This document shows, piece after piece, positions 19,696 to 29,639 of a DNA stretch of 64,000 bases. The stretch is from a virus (Duplodnaviria; Caudoviricetes). The notes beneath the pieces were generated by a model that was given only the letters and a program-made list of their open reading frames with translations, searched no databases and was not told the origin of the DNA. The stretch covers positions 1 through 64,000 of IMG/VR virus record IMGVR_UViG_3300044557_000104; one strand, 5' to 3'. The number at the start of each line of letters is the position of its first letter. Position 1 is the first letter of the stretch. The translations under genes and the position numbers were made by a program.

Positions 19696-20829
19696 CTACA
19701 TACTTTCTTCTCTTACTTTTCCTAGATAGGATAATGCCATATCTTTAATATCTGGGTAGTATTTACTACAATAGCTAGATACAATCTCAGATGTAGAAAA
19801 ATCAGAATCAATATCTAAATCTACTGTCTCTGCAATTGGAATATCTAACTTAATTTTAAAATTGTACTTATCTTTATCTAATGTTTTTAAGTAATCCTGT
19901 TGCTTAGTACTATGCACTGTAACTTGCACATAATTACTTTCCATTAGAGATAATTCTGTATCTGATAATGTTTCTTCATTATCCATGTCAATCATAATAA
20001 ATTGTGGGTAATTATCTGTAATTGGAACAAATTCATGGCTACCTGTTTCAGTATCAATCACATCAAATCCACGTTTAGTACCTACACCATTTTTATCTAC
20101 ATCATTAAAGTTAATAGGTAATAATGATCCAGTATACCAAGCAGAACGTTCATCACTATTATCTGATCCTTGCATAAACACACGGGTATGATAATGACCA
20201 AGGTTAATTGCTTTTACACTGGAATTACCCCAACCTAAGTCATTAATATTATATGATCCAGACACTTTATGTTCCCACCGTCCCTGAGACACGTTATTTA
20301 ATCCTAGGTGAGCGAAAACAATCACAGGTATACTTTCATCTACAGAGTTTAAAGCGTCTCTCACTGCTGTTTTAGACCCCTCTGTATCCTCTGTATAGGG
20401 GACAAACAACATATGGTCATACCATTGTGCTTTCTTATCAATTACTTTAATAGTACAACTGTTAGCATTGTAATCCTTAAAGATGCTTAATGAGTTAGGT
20501 TCTACATCACGTCCACTTTGATCATGATTACCCGGATTGATAATTAGTGTTCCTTGATTAGTTTTACCAATCATCTCAAACACTCTGGTTACACAATAAG
20601 CATACATACTAGGATTAATATTTGATCGTTGGTTAAACAAATCACCATTAATTATATAGGTAGAGATATTGTGATCAACTCCATATTGAAAGAACTCTTC
20701 TAAAGCATCTAATGAGTCTTTTAATCGTGAGTTAACTAATTGATTATCTGTCGGTTCTGCAAAGTTCTTAAAATTATCTAAATGTACATCTGCACACACT
20801 AATACCTTCATAGAATACCTTCTTTCCAT
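19696..20829 (-). CDS. SbcD/Mre11-like metallophosphoesterase nuclease
   Basis: DVH, GDLF, GNHD, GHYH, YTGS motifs. Confidence 0.9.
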   Translation of the reverse strand: MERRYSMKVLVCADVHLDNFKNFAEPTDNQLVNSRLKDSLDALEEFFQYGVDHNISTYIINGDLFNQRSNINPSMYAYCVTRVFEMIGKTNQGTLIINPGNHDQSGRDVEPNSLSIFKDYNANSCTIKVIDKKAQWYDHMLFVPYTEDTEGSKTAVRDALNSVDESIPVIVFAHLGLNNVSQGRWEHKVSGSYNINDLGWGNSSVKAINLGHYHTRVFMQGSDNSDERSAWYTGSLLPINFNDVDKNGVGTKRGFDVIDTETGSHEFVPITDNYPQFIMIDMDNEETLSDTELSLMESNYVQVTVHSTKQQDYLKTLDKDKYNFKIKLDIPIAETVDLDIDSDFSTSEIVSSYCSKYYPDIKDMALSYLGKVREESM

Positions 20830-20877
20830 AACTAATTATATCACAAAAACACCCCTTTATTCAAGAGGTGCTGTGAA

Positions 20878-22908
20878 TTAAATGTCTAATAGCTTAATAA
20901 TATCATCCTTAGTTACCTTGCGAGCATCTAGTTGGTGAATATGTTCTGATGCTACACCATCTGGAATCTCATCTGCTGAACTAACGATATTAGCATCTAC
21001 AATTTCAAGGACTTCATTAAGAGATGGTGTATGAGTACTCTTAAAGTCTAATACATTAATAGCATTGTCTACAACATTAATATCAGGGTCTGGCATATGT
21101 CCTCTACCAAAATCATGATTAGCCAAGATAACCTTTAACTTCCCGTCTGCCTTAGGAATCACTACTGCAAAGATTTTGGCATCTCCGTCTGCTTTAGTAA
21201 AATCAGTAGTGCTAGTAATTCCCTTTCGTGATAATGTGGCTAGGATTCCACTTGGGTCATCAATTAGATGCTCTACTGATTGCTTTTGAGAAGTGTCTAT
21301 AAAGTACTTAGCATTTTCACCATTATCACCATAATCATATAGCTGGGTAATTACAGGTTTATTTAACCCCTGCTTAATTCGGTAGGCTTCCGTTGCGTAC
21401 CCATATTTATTAGTATCAGTCATGTCACCAGAGAAAGTAATTGACTCTCCCTGATCTATTCCATTCCACCCATAATGGGTTCCATCAACATCAAACAAAT
21501 GTAAATCCAGATCAGAGTGAGTTGTCCATGAGACACCTAAAACAATATCTGATTGGTAATCAAGACTTGACATATATGGGATGTTACCCACAAAAGTTTT
21601 AGCTGATGTAGGGAAAGCATAAGTCAAAAAGTCATGTTGTGGGAAAATGAAGTAGTCCCCAGAATATTTACTAAACCGTTTTCTTAACTCATTGCTAATT
21701 AGTGTATTAGCAATTTCTCCACTTGAACGGTTATAATCAATTCCTCGATACTCATTTCTCTTCATCCAAGACTTACCATTGCGAATGTTATAAATAGAAT
21801 ATTTTGGTAAATCACCATTAGATCGGTATTTAGTGATACCTTGTAATGCTGTCACTAACTTAAAGGTACTTGCATTTTTTAATGCCTTTTTAAAATTCTC
21901 ATCTTTACCATGAATTACCCTATCATAATTTTCTCGCATATAAGTTACTACGTCATTCATAATAGGTGTTTTACGAGGAAGATAAACCTTCTTAGCTTGC
22001 TTCATAGCTCGATTGATAACCGACTTATTTTTCAGGAACTTACGGATTACTAAATATATCTTTTTGTAACGCATAATATTCATAGCCATAGAGTTAGTTC
22101 CATAGATAAAAGCATAACGGTCAATATAATCTTCGATTTTATTAGCTTTACCTTCATCAACTTCTATTTGATCTAGGGCATCACGAGTTTGTTTGTTATT
22201 AACTAGTAAGGTGCTACCAGTTGCTGTGTACACTAATAAGCGAGTAAATTCATCAAAGTTTTTTGGAACGATTCTGAACTTATCAGATAAGATCAGTTTC
22301 AATTCTTTATTCTTAATATCATCATAGATTTTATAAAGATCAATTGAACATCTGTCACTTAATACCTCAGCTACATCTACAAGAGCTTCAATATCTTCTT
22401 CTGATAGTGCAATATTAGCATGAAAACTATCAATCAACATAGCTGGTAACTCATCAGCAGTGATAGGATTGATATAGGTTAATGATTCTGCGAAGTCTAA
22501 TGCAGTGTCTAAGTCTAGCGTTTGAGGTTCATAAATATCACCAGAATTACGTAATCCTTCAATGCCACCATAAGTTGAAGCATAGTGGGCACACTGAATT
22601 AAGAAACGTTCTAGTTCTGACATTTGTTCTGCTTCATCAAACGATTTAAACAGTGTTGAGTTAGCTTCAAATCCATTAATCCCATAATTAGATTTAATAT
22701 AATCAATTACACTATCTAAAACTAAGGAATTTCCAGATAAGAATCTAATGGTACTAGGATCAATAAATACACCAATCCCTAATAGTCGCTTTGAAAAACT
22801 TTCTGCAATCTCAGATGATCTTTGTGGCTTGTCTGATACCAGTACACCTTTATATAAATGTAGCAAGTCTAATTGAAACTTAATTCCTTTTTGTGCTTCT
22901 GTGATCAT
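20878..22908 (-). CDS. 676-aa protein with C-terminal TerD-like domain (Rot / Ro60-TROVE-like + TerD family candidate)
   Basis: Large helical N-terminal part; C-terminal GVSW...DLDLH...GWN...FSGDMT TerD-like motifs; family recalled, not searched. Confidence 0.6.
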   Translation of the reverse strand: MITEAQKGIKFQLDLLHLYKGVLVSDKPQRSSEIAESFSKRLLGIGVFIDPSTIRFLSGNSLVLDSVIDYIKSNYGINGFEANSTLFKSFDEAEQMSELERFLIQCAHYASTYGGIEGLRNSGDIYEPQTLDLDTALDFAESLTYINPITADELPAMLIDSFHANIALSEEDIEALVDVAEVLSDRCSIDLYKIYDDIKNKELKLILSDKFRIVPKNFDEFTRLLVYTATGSTLLVNNKQTRDALDQIEVDEGKANKIEDYIDRYAFIYGTNSMAMNIMRYKKIYLVIRKFLKNKSVINRAMKQAKKVYLPRKTPIMNDVVTYMRENYDRVIHGKDENFKKALKNASTFKLVTALQGITKYRSNGDLPKYSIYNIRNGKSWMKRNEYRGIDYNRSSGEIANTLISNELRKRFSKYSGDYFIFPQHDFLTYAFPTSAKTFVGNIPYMSSLDYQSDIVLGVSWTTHSDLDLHLFDVDGTHYGWNGIDQGESITFSGDMTDTNKYGYATEAYRIKQGLNKPVITQLYDYGDNGENAKYFIDTSQKQSVEHLIDDPSGILATLSRKGITSTTDFTKADGDAKIFAVVIPKADGKLKVILANHDFGRGHMPDPDINVVDNAINVLDFKSTHTPSLNEVLEIVDANIVSSADEIPDGVASEHIHQLDARKVTKDDIIKLLDI

Positions 22909-22938
22909 AGTTGTATACCCCCAAGTATAATAAAATTA

Positions 22939-22971
22939 AGACCCCTCAACACATAATATGCCAAGGGGTCT
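22939..22971 (-). terminator. terminator/attenuator hairpin between leader RNAs and the 676-aa gene
   Basis: AGACCCCT/AGGGGTCT stem followed by TAATTTTATT on - strand. Confidence 0.6.
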
Positions 22972-22981
22972 CCGTATGTAC

Positions 22982-23108
22982 AGAGTACGAGACGTAGTAC
23001 ATATCCATAGTAGTTTAAATGGGAACGCCTTTGTGTACTCTTTTAGGTTGACGAGATGTAATTAAATAAGTTGTTTGTAAGTTAAAATAGGAACACCCTT
23101 GTGCCAAC
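22982..23108 (-). ncRNA. two tandem ~60-nt structured RNA repeats
   Basis: Units 23108-23047 and 23041-22982 share CACAA(G/A)GG.GTTCC.ATTT.AACT ... TAC.TCTCGT with different closing stems and variable loops. Confidence 0.75.
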
Positions 23109-23120
23109 TCTATGGTTCAT

Positions 23121-23149
23121 AGTATATCATAGTATTATTCATTTGTCAA
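23121..23149 (-). promoter_or_regulatory. sigma-A promoter for tandem RNAs and the 676-aa gene
   Basis: TTGACA-17 bp-TATACT with extended TG. Confidence 0.85.
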
Positions 23150-23156
23150 GTTATTT

Positions 23157-23690
23157 TTAAAAAGATATAGGTTTATTGTCAAAATACTTGTTGATAGGAT
23201 GTCTACTTATTCCATACCCAATTTTGTGAACTTCCATTGTATTAATGTTAAGGACTTCATTGTAAGGTAGCTTATTGATAGGAACTAAATCGAAGAACTC
23301 TCGATTATTCATAACACCAGCTTGCACATAATGTGGATTTCCTTCATAATCAATAAATTCCCATTGAGAATATTCCCCACAGATGGGCATACGTGGACTA
23401 CTTTTAAACTTAAAATCAGTGTTGTAGAATAACGCACAGCAATAAAAGTATCCACGCTCAATAGTTTTATCTGAAAAGGTAGCATAGTATCCTAGACTTT
23501 TATGCTTAGCAAATTCCTGAATAATAGTAGTAAAGGGGTTAATTTTGATTTTATGAAACAGCTTGTTAAGACGCTGTTCATACCTTAACTCACCTATAAG
23601 GAATGCCATGAGCATATCATTACCCTCATTGTCAAAGAAATCATTAATGTCTTCCTCATTAAGTTTAATGTCATGAAAACTACTTTCCAT
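23157..23690 (-). CDS. hypothetical protein
   Basis: ORF in co-oriented block. Confidence 0.7.
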   Translation of the reverse strand: MESSFHDIKLNEEDINDFFDNEGNDMLMAFLIGELRYEQRLNKLFHKIKINPFTTIIQEFAKHKSLGYYATFSDKTIERGYFYCCALFYNTDFKFKSSPRMPICGEYSQWEFIDYEGNPHYVQAGVMNNREFFDLVPINKLPYNEVLNINTMEVHKIGYGISRHPINKYFDNKPISF

Positions 23691-23913
23691 GTCTCTTACC
23701 CCACACTAGTAGACTATTCTTATACTCCCAATACAGTACTCTACGAAATCTAGTGTTTCCATTATGCTTGGATTTAGGTTCTGCACTTAATTTGTGCTTT
23801 AATTTTTTACTATAGTTTTTCCACAGGTGCATCTTTGGCAGATCTTTGTAGGAATAAACATCCGTCCATTCATCAAACCACTCATAATATTTATTCACTT
23901 GTCGTTTATTCAT
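23680..23913 (-). CDS. small basic hypothetical protein
   Basis: GGAGG RBS; overlaps neighbours by a few nt. Confidence 0.65.
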   Translation of the reverse strand: MNKRQVNKYYEWFDEWTDVYSYKDLPKMHLWKNYSKKLKHKLSAEPKSKHNGNTRFRRVLYWEYKNSLLVWGKRHGK

Positions 23914-24289
23914 ATTTTATGTCCTCCACATCGAATGATACACACATGTGACTATTACGGTTGATTTGTGCTTCCTCTAAGTCTAACAATCTTGATGGAT
24001 ATAATGCTAAGTCTTCAATTCTAGGATCACTAACCTTATAGGTGATGCTAGTTGTTTCAAAGTTAATGGTGATAGACTTAGCATCTTTTTGTAGCAATAG
24101 ATCATTCTCACGACAACTTTTGTAAGTTAAATATAGTCTGTCAAACTCAAATTCAATGCTATTTACTCTAGATAAGGTAAACTCTTGGTCATCTGTTTTT
24201 ACCACAATAGATGTAATACTATCATTCAAATCTTGGTCATAATCAAACATTGGTTGATTGCCCCCTTTTCCATATAAAAAGCATACCAC
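23906..24289 (-). CDS. hypothetical protein
   Basis: ORF; likely start at internal MFDY after GGGGG RBS. Confidence 0.7.
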   Translation of the reverse strand: MVCFLYGKGGNQPMFDYDQDLNDSITSIVVKTDDQEFTLSRVNSIEFEFDRLYLTYKSCRENDLLLQKDAKSITINFETTSITYKVSDPRIEDLALYPSRLLDLEEAQINRNSHMCVSFDVEDIKYE

Positions 24290-24312
24290 TTAGGCATGCT
24301 AATGTAAAGATA

Positions 24313-25122
24313 TTATTTAGCTTTTTTAACTGTTGTTTCTTTCTTACCAAAGCCTTTAACAACTTCTTGGTTGCGGAACCAACCACGAGGGCTAAAGATG
24401 AACCAAAGGTCATTCAACAGGAAGATTGAGTAGCTACCAAACAGTGCCCAGTTAGCATCTCCTGCCATAGCAGTTTGGAACCAAAGAATTAAGGTAATTA
24501 CTGATGCAGTAATCCAGAACCATGTTTGTTCCTTTGCTAAGTTAAATTCTAGAATTGAACCTGTAATACTAATTGCAAGTGTCATAGAATCCATGAATAA
24601 ACGTGGGTCATTAAGCATTCCATAGAATAAATATGCTACACCCCAAGCAACAAAGAAGAAAATAATGTACTTGATCCACCCAACAATTCCACCAATGGAG
24701 TGAACTTTAATAGTGCTGTTCCATGAAGGAGATAAGATACAAAATGCGTCTAGGAAGATAAAGTAAAAGATTTGAAGTGTCATATCTGCATAGTTATGCG
24801 CTAGAAAGGCATTCAAAGCAATAAATACTGCTGATGTGGCACCAAACCATCCTTGGATAGCTGATTTTTGAGCAATACCAACCACACAGAATACAGACAA
24901 GTTAGCAGCCATAAAACTAATAATAGTATGTAATGGAGGAACCGTATTCCAGCCTTGCCATGCTAAGATAATCTGGATAATAAAGTTAAATCCAATTAGA
25001 GTCCACCCAAAGGCACTCCAGTTTTTCATTTGACCAAACAGCCATTTGAAATAGTCCTTGCGAAAAATATTCTTTGAGTAGTCCCCAAAGTTAGTAATAA
25101 CGTCCTTGTATTGTTCAAACAT
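24313..25122 (-). CDS. pnuC: PnuC-family nucleoside/nicotinamide riboside transporter
   Basis: About 7 TM segments; YADM.LQ.FY, P..DS..LAIS..G, EQ.WFW motifs; near dNK gene. Confidence 0.85.
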   Translation of the reverse strand: MFEQYKDVITNFGDYSKNIFRKDYFKWLFGQMKNWSAFGWTLIGFNFIIQIILAWQGWNTVPPLHTIISFMAANLSVFCVVGIAQKSAIQGWFGATSAVFIALNAFLAHNYADMTLQIFYFIFLDAFCILSPSWNSTIKVHSIGGIVGWIKYIIFFFVAWGVAYLFYGMLNDPRLFMDSMTLAISITGSILEFNLAKEQTWFWITASVITLILWFQTAMAGDANWALFGSYSIFLLNDLWFIFSPRGWFRNQEVVKGFGKKETTVKKAK

Positions 25123-25135
25123 TGTTTTGTATCTT

Positions 25136-26557
25136 CTGCTACATAAATCTTATAAAAACCTACTAAGCATAGTTTTATTTACTTAATAGTTAGTATCTTT
25201 ATAAGTATTTATTTACCTTCGTCATTACTAGTATTCTGACTATTATCACAGAGACAATAGCCACATTGACTAGCTCTTAAGGCTTGAGGGAGTAGCCTTC
25301 CCCTTTCATTGGATTCCCTCAATTAAATTAACTGTAATAAGTTTTGTACTGCGTTTTCATCTCTATCTATGATAGCCCCACAATTGTAACAAATATACTC
25401 ATTATGTTTAGTATGGTGTTTCTTATTCCCTTGAAGGGTTATTCTATCATCACCTTGTTTAACATTACCACATTCTGAGCATCTTTGTGTGCTAGGGTAA
25501 AACTTATCTGCTAATACTAGTCTCTTTCCATACCAATTACACTTATAGGTTAAACACTGTCTAAAGTAGCCAAACTGGGATCTTTGTAGTCCTTTAGAGG
25601 CTACATGGCTCATTTGCATATGCTTAACATCTAAGTCTTCAATACCTATAGTGTCATAGTTAGATACTAGTTTTGTAGTAAACTTATGAATAATATCATG
25701 TTGTACATTAGTTACCTTAGTATAATCACGTTGAAGTTTGGTTCTCACTTCTTGATAATTTATACTTCCATGTTTCTTTCTTGACAACATTTTTTGATAA
25801 TGCTTGATTCTATCATAGAGCTTAGCTAAACGTTTCGGTAGAACATTACAACTACCTTCTGTGTAATTCAAGTGTCCAACATTCACATCTACTGCTGTAC
25901 TCTGATTGGTCTTAGGTTTGCTAGGAATATCCTCTACTTTATAGGGAATAGAGGCATAATATTTACTATTGACTCTATAGATAGAGATGGTACCATAATC
26001 ATAATTTAGGAGGTTACCCCTTACTTTAATATCATACCAAATAGACTTATTATCTCTAGGCTTATCCAGCCTAAGTTTGCCTTTAATAAACTTAATTCTA
26101 TCTGATTTAAACCCCTGTCTAGGAGCTTTCTTAGACTTAAATTTGGGCTTGCCCCAATCAGGTAATGACTTATCAAAGAAATGCTTCCAAGCATTACCTA
26201 AGTCAGAAATTCCCTGCTGTAGCACTCTAGCAGACAGAGCATACTGCCAATCTTGCTTGTTAGCTACTAAGTAGTCTCTAACTTTATATTCACTAGGGCT
26301 AGGATTATTATCTTTATCTAGTAAGTGCAAATTATACATCTCATTCCATGCTTCTAAGCCTAGATTCCAACAATACCTTCGATAGTCACAAAGCCTATCT
26401 AATTCCTTAGTCATATGGCTATTAGGGTATAACCTAACTGTTATTGTTTTTACATACACTATTCTCACCTTCTTTCCAGATAATAACAGTGTAGCATACT
26501 TAATAGATATTATCAAGTTTGTAGACTATTTTATAAATAATTAGTTACAGTTCACAG
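25136..26557 (-). mobile_element. non-autonomous IS607-like (tnpB-only) element
   Basis: No end hairpins; LE GCTGTGAACTGTAACTAA and RE ...TTTATAAGATTTATGTAGCAG resemble IS607 ends; AG dinucleotide at both junctions; no serine recombinase gene. Confidence 0.65.
25323..26516 (-). CDS. tnpB: RNA-guided endonuclease TnpB (IS607-type)
   Basis: VRLYP HTH, RYCWN, PKFKSKK; RuvC D (AVDVN), E (IEDL), D (DRDENA); zinc finger; likely GTG start near 26459. Confidence 0.93.
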   Translation of the reverse strand: MIISIKYATLLLSGKKVRIVYVKTITVRLYPNSHMTKELDRLCDYRRYCWNLGLEAWNEMYNLHLLDKDNNPSPSEYKVRDYLVANKQDWQYALSARVLQQGISDLGNAWKHFFDKSLPDWGKPKFKSKKAPRQGFKSDRIKFIKGKLRLDKPRDNKSIWYDIKVRGNLLNYDYGTISIYRVNSKYYASIPYKVEDIPSKPKTNQSTAVDVNVGHLNYTEGSCNVLPKRLAKLYDRIKHYQKMLSRKKHGSINYQEVRTKLQRDYTKVTNVQHDIIHKFTTKLVSNYDTIGIEDLDVKHMQMSHVASKGLQRSQFGYFRQCLTYKCNWYGKRLVLADKFYPSTQRCSECGNVKQGDDRITLQGNKKHHTKHNEYICYNCGAIIDRDENAVQNLLQLI

Positions 26558-26649
26558 CTCCTCTGCTTTATTAGCTTTCTTTCACATAGATGTGAATTGC
26601 TTATCCACACTCACGGAGTGCTTCCTTATTAAAGTAATTAATAATAAAT

Positions 26650-26865
26650 TTAATTAAATAATGCTTTCTGAAATATCTCTGCACTAGTATGGTTAGACCT
26701 AACTTCTTTGTACATACTCATATTAGTGGATATCCAGTTACTTGCTACTTTTTTAGTTAACTCTCCACCACGTGATAATACTTCATAGTTATCTTCAAAA
26801 GTAGATAACCACATTTCCATTGAGTTAATTAAGCTCATTTGCTTTTCTGTAGCACTGCTTTCCAT
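26650..26865 (-). CDS. small hypothetical protein
   Basis: AGGTG RBS; ATEKQ...I motif. Confidence 0.7.
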   Translation of the reverse strand: MESSATEKQMSLINSMEMWLSTFEDNYEVLSRGGELTKKVASNWISTNMSMYKEVRSNHTSAEIFQKALFN

Positions 26866-26877
26866 TATATCACACCT

Positions 26878-27636
26878 TTAGTTAATTGTGTCTGCAACTA
26901 AATCTAGCATACGGTGAACTTGTTGCTGTGATGGATTAACACTGTCTTGCAGTTTTTCAACGTCATCAATTAATCCAATGCTATCCATTTTATCTAGGAT
27001 AGCTGATAATACTAGTTTACGATCATTTTCATTCTCAGTGAAGTCATACTTATCTCCGTCAATAATGATAATATCGCTATTAGGATTATTAACTTTGAAA
27101 GCATCAAACCATTCATCATACCGTTCAATTAGAAGTTTGTAATAGTTAATTAATGAACCATCTTGGCTAATCTGTTCATAACTACGACCACGTTTTTGAA
27201 TCCGACTTACAATTGTCTCATAACTTGCTCGAATCCCAATAACTAAGTCTGGTGTCTTCTTAGGAAGCGTATCAAGTTCTTCTAACATATTGTTAAGAAG
27301 ATTATCATAAGTGTCTATAACTGTATCACTATCTTCCTTTGTTTCCCCAACACGCCCTAACTCAGCATTTGCATGAAATAGAATAGCATCTTCACGAATA
27401 GAACGATCCATAATGGCATTCTTAATAGTGGTTGCCTTTTTCATTGATTTAAAGCGAGTGTTAAGGAAGTATATCTGTAGTAAGAACGCGTACTTATTTG
27501 GATCTTTATAAAATAGTGGGAGAACTGGATTATCATCAACACTTTCATAAAAAACTGGTACATCTAGGACATTTCCTAGAATAGTAGAAAGTGTGGACTT
27601 ACCAGACCCAATCATACCTGCACATGCAATAATGAT
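26878..27636 (-). CDS. deoxynucleoside kinase (probable non-AUG start at 27636 or 27633)
   Basis: IIACAGMIGSGKST P-loop, YESVDDNP, LQIYFL..RF, DRSI.ED, RIQKRGR. Confidence 0.92.
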   Translation of the reverse strand: MIIACAGMIGSGKSTLSTILGNVLDVPVFYESVDDNPVLPLFYKDPNKYAFLLQIYFLNTRFKSMKKATTIKNAIMDRSIREDAILFHANAELGRVGETKEDSDTVIDTYDNLLNNMLEELDTLPKKTPDLVIGIRASYETIVSRIQKRGRSYEQISQDGSLINYYKLLIERYDEWFDAFKVNNPNSDIIIIDGDKYDFTENENDRKLVLSAILDKMDSIGLIDDVEKLQDSVNPSQQQVHRMLDLVADTIN

Positions 27637-27639
27637 TAC

Positions 27640-28164
27640 TTATACCTCACTCTCGTTAGTTGTATTTAGCTCTTTTAGATGTAGATCATTAACCTTAATC
27701 ATATCAGATAAGCGAGCATTACTTACCTTATTACGATCAACTCTTATAATTGTATCCTCTGGGAACAGTGATGTCAATATCTTATCTAATAAAATTCCTT
27801 TTACTAAGATAGGGTGTGTTGCATTGATTGATTTAGTTAAATCTGGTCTTAGTGCAACTACATTATTAGACTTATTAACCCCTGTTTCTGTTAGTGAGAC
27901 CATAGTATCAATAATTTTTAGTGATAAACGCCCAAGCAAATCTTCATTTAGTGTTCTGCCAACCATACGGACACCATGATCTGGTAGATCACCAAAGTCT
28001 AGGGTAATGTCATTACCAACACTATATAACTTGGTTTCAGAATCAAGCGTTTCAATTTGCTTTTCTGTAATGCTTTGCTTATCAATGAACAGTAATCCAC
28101 CCATAGTTGGTCGAACATCAAAAGTGATGGTATAAATTGTGTATAATTTAGACATCTTCATCAT
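27640..28164 (-). CDS. hypothetical protein
   Basis: ORF in co-oriented block. Confidence 0.7.
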   Translation of the reverse strand: MMKMSKLYTIYTITFDVRPTMGGLLFIDKQSITEKQIETLDSETKLYSVGNDITLDFGDLPDHGVRMVGRTLNEDLLGRLSLKIIDTMVSLTETGVNKSNNVVALRPDLTKSINATHPILVKGILLDKILTSLFPEDTIIRVDRNKVSNARLSDMIKVNDLHLKELNTTNESEV

Positions 28165-28618
28165 CTACTTCTTCAAAGTTATTTAAATTAGTATATTCAT
28201 ACACTAATTGTGCTTTAGCATCATCAAGTGCAAATGGTGAATTAATCACTGAATCATCAACACTGAGTTCTACATCTTTAGGATTAAGTAAAACTTCTCC
28301 TTGATCTTTGATTGAATTTAATGCCAATTCACTAAACTCTTCTGGTTCCATAAGGTGTAATTTAAGAATATTCTTAATAGCTTCTGTATTCTTATAAGCA
28401 AATGAGATTACAAAGTACAACTTTTTATTCCCATCTTCGTCTTCCTGAACTACATCACGCTTTGAAATACTACCATCTAGTACTGCATCTGAATAGCTAA
28501 GTGCAAGTGATTTATATAATTCATCTTCAATTTTTGCATCACTCATACCTGCTACAACAGATTGGTCTTTACCTAACATCAATTCTTTAATATTAGTGCT
28601 CGTTGTCATATACGCCAT
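28148..28618 (-). CDS. acidic hypothetical protein
   Basis: GGAG RBS. Confidence 0.75.
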   Translation of the reverse strand: MAYMTTSTNIKELMLGKDQSVVAGMSDAKIEDELYKSLALSYSDAVLDGSISKRDVVQEDEDGNKKLYFVISFAYKNTEAIKNILKLHLMEPEEFSELALNSIKDQGEVLLNPKDVELSVDDSVINSPFALDDAKAQLVYEYTNLNNFEEVDDEDV

Positions 28619-28631
28619 ATTATTTCATCTC

Positions 28632-29045
28632 CTAATCTCTCTTTAGCATAATGCTGATCTTAGCATCTGGTTTAGTGTTACGTTCTAGAATATCTAGAAA
28701 TAAATCCTTATTCCACTTAGTGTTAGGCTTATATTCATTATAGGCTTCACTAAGTGGTAGCATTACTTCTTTCAACCGTTCAATCGCAACACTTCTATTA
28801 TGGCACATTGTATATACCTTGGCAACACATGAATTTTCATAAATGAATTTTACCGCATTAAATTCATCTAGTTCATTATGAAGATTTTCCATAGTTTCAT
28901 TCTTTCCTTTAATTAGGATCGAATCTAAAAAGTTCATAATTTGATTATCAGTGAAACCTACATATTTATACAATAAGTGCATATTGATAGAGTAAACCTT
29001 AATACCTCGTTCAATCATATCTTTATCTATGTTCTTAGTACTCAA
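28632..29045 (-). CDS. hypothetical protein
   Basis: GGAGG RBS before TTG. Confidence 0.75.
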   Translation of the reverse strand: MSTKNIDKDMIERGIKVYSINMHLLYKYVGFTDNQIMNFLDSILIKGKNETMENLHNELDEFNAVKFIYENSCVAKVYTMCHNRSVAIERLKEVMLPLSEAYNEYKPNTKWNKDLFLDILERNTKPDAKISIMLKRD

Positions 29046-29081
29046 AATTATACCCTCCTAGTGTATTCTATGTAACCAGAC

Positions 29082-29399
29082 TTAACTGGGGACATATTTA
29101 AACTTCTTTCCTGTTGCCATATCTTTTAACCACTCAGGCTTGGTATCACCCACATTATAGTGCTCAATAGGCATACCACCCTTTGGATATTTGTCAATTA
29201 TGGGATAGTTTAAATCCTTCATTAACTGTTTCTTACAACGCTTGTCACAGGCAAAGTAAATGTATCTATACTTAGGTGATCTAAACACTCGGTACTTTTG
29301 AATTGCACCCTTGTCATAGTGTCTGCTATGCTTGCCATGACCGGAGTACCGATCTGTTCTAGATTTAGTTTCTCCAGTGTAGTAGAAGTTAGTTGCCAT
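29082..29399 (-). pseudogene. C-terminal fragment of a Mom-like (GNAT) DNA base-modification protein
   Basis: ATNFYYTG, RS.KYRY.YF, L.YP...YPKG match the Mom-like C-terminus as recalled; N-terminal GNAT core absent; upstream in-frame stop. Confidence 0.55.
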
Positions 29400-29512
29400 C
29401 TCATACCTAGTATACTATTAAAATGTCTAGGTCTCAATAGGTTATTACCCACTCAGTAAACTGAGTTTTGATTAACACCTATCATGTTTTTAGAGTATGC
29501 TGAGTAGTGTCT

Positions 29513-29639
29513 GTGGATTACTCATTACTAAAGTAACGAGCTTCTAGGAACACCACATGCTTGTACTCCTATAATATTTAGAAGTATAGAGGTTATGGCT
29601 ATTTACTAAGGGCTGTCCCAGCCCATGTTAGTCTTTTGA
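29513..29639 (-). ncRNA. TnpB omega-RNA / IS200-IS605 right end
   Basis: GGGCTGGGACAGCCC hairpin after the stop; RE hairpin CTCGTTACTTTAGTAATGAG ending TAATCCAC. Confidence 0.7.

Noticed and set aside
26558-26625. NAD+-II or preQ1 riboswitch upstream of pnuC
   Set aside because: Recalled consensus nucleotides are not matched; kept only as an unassigned structured leader
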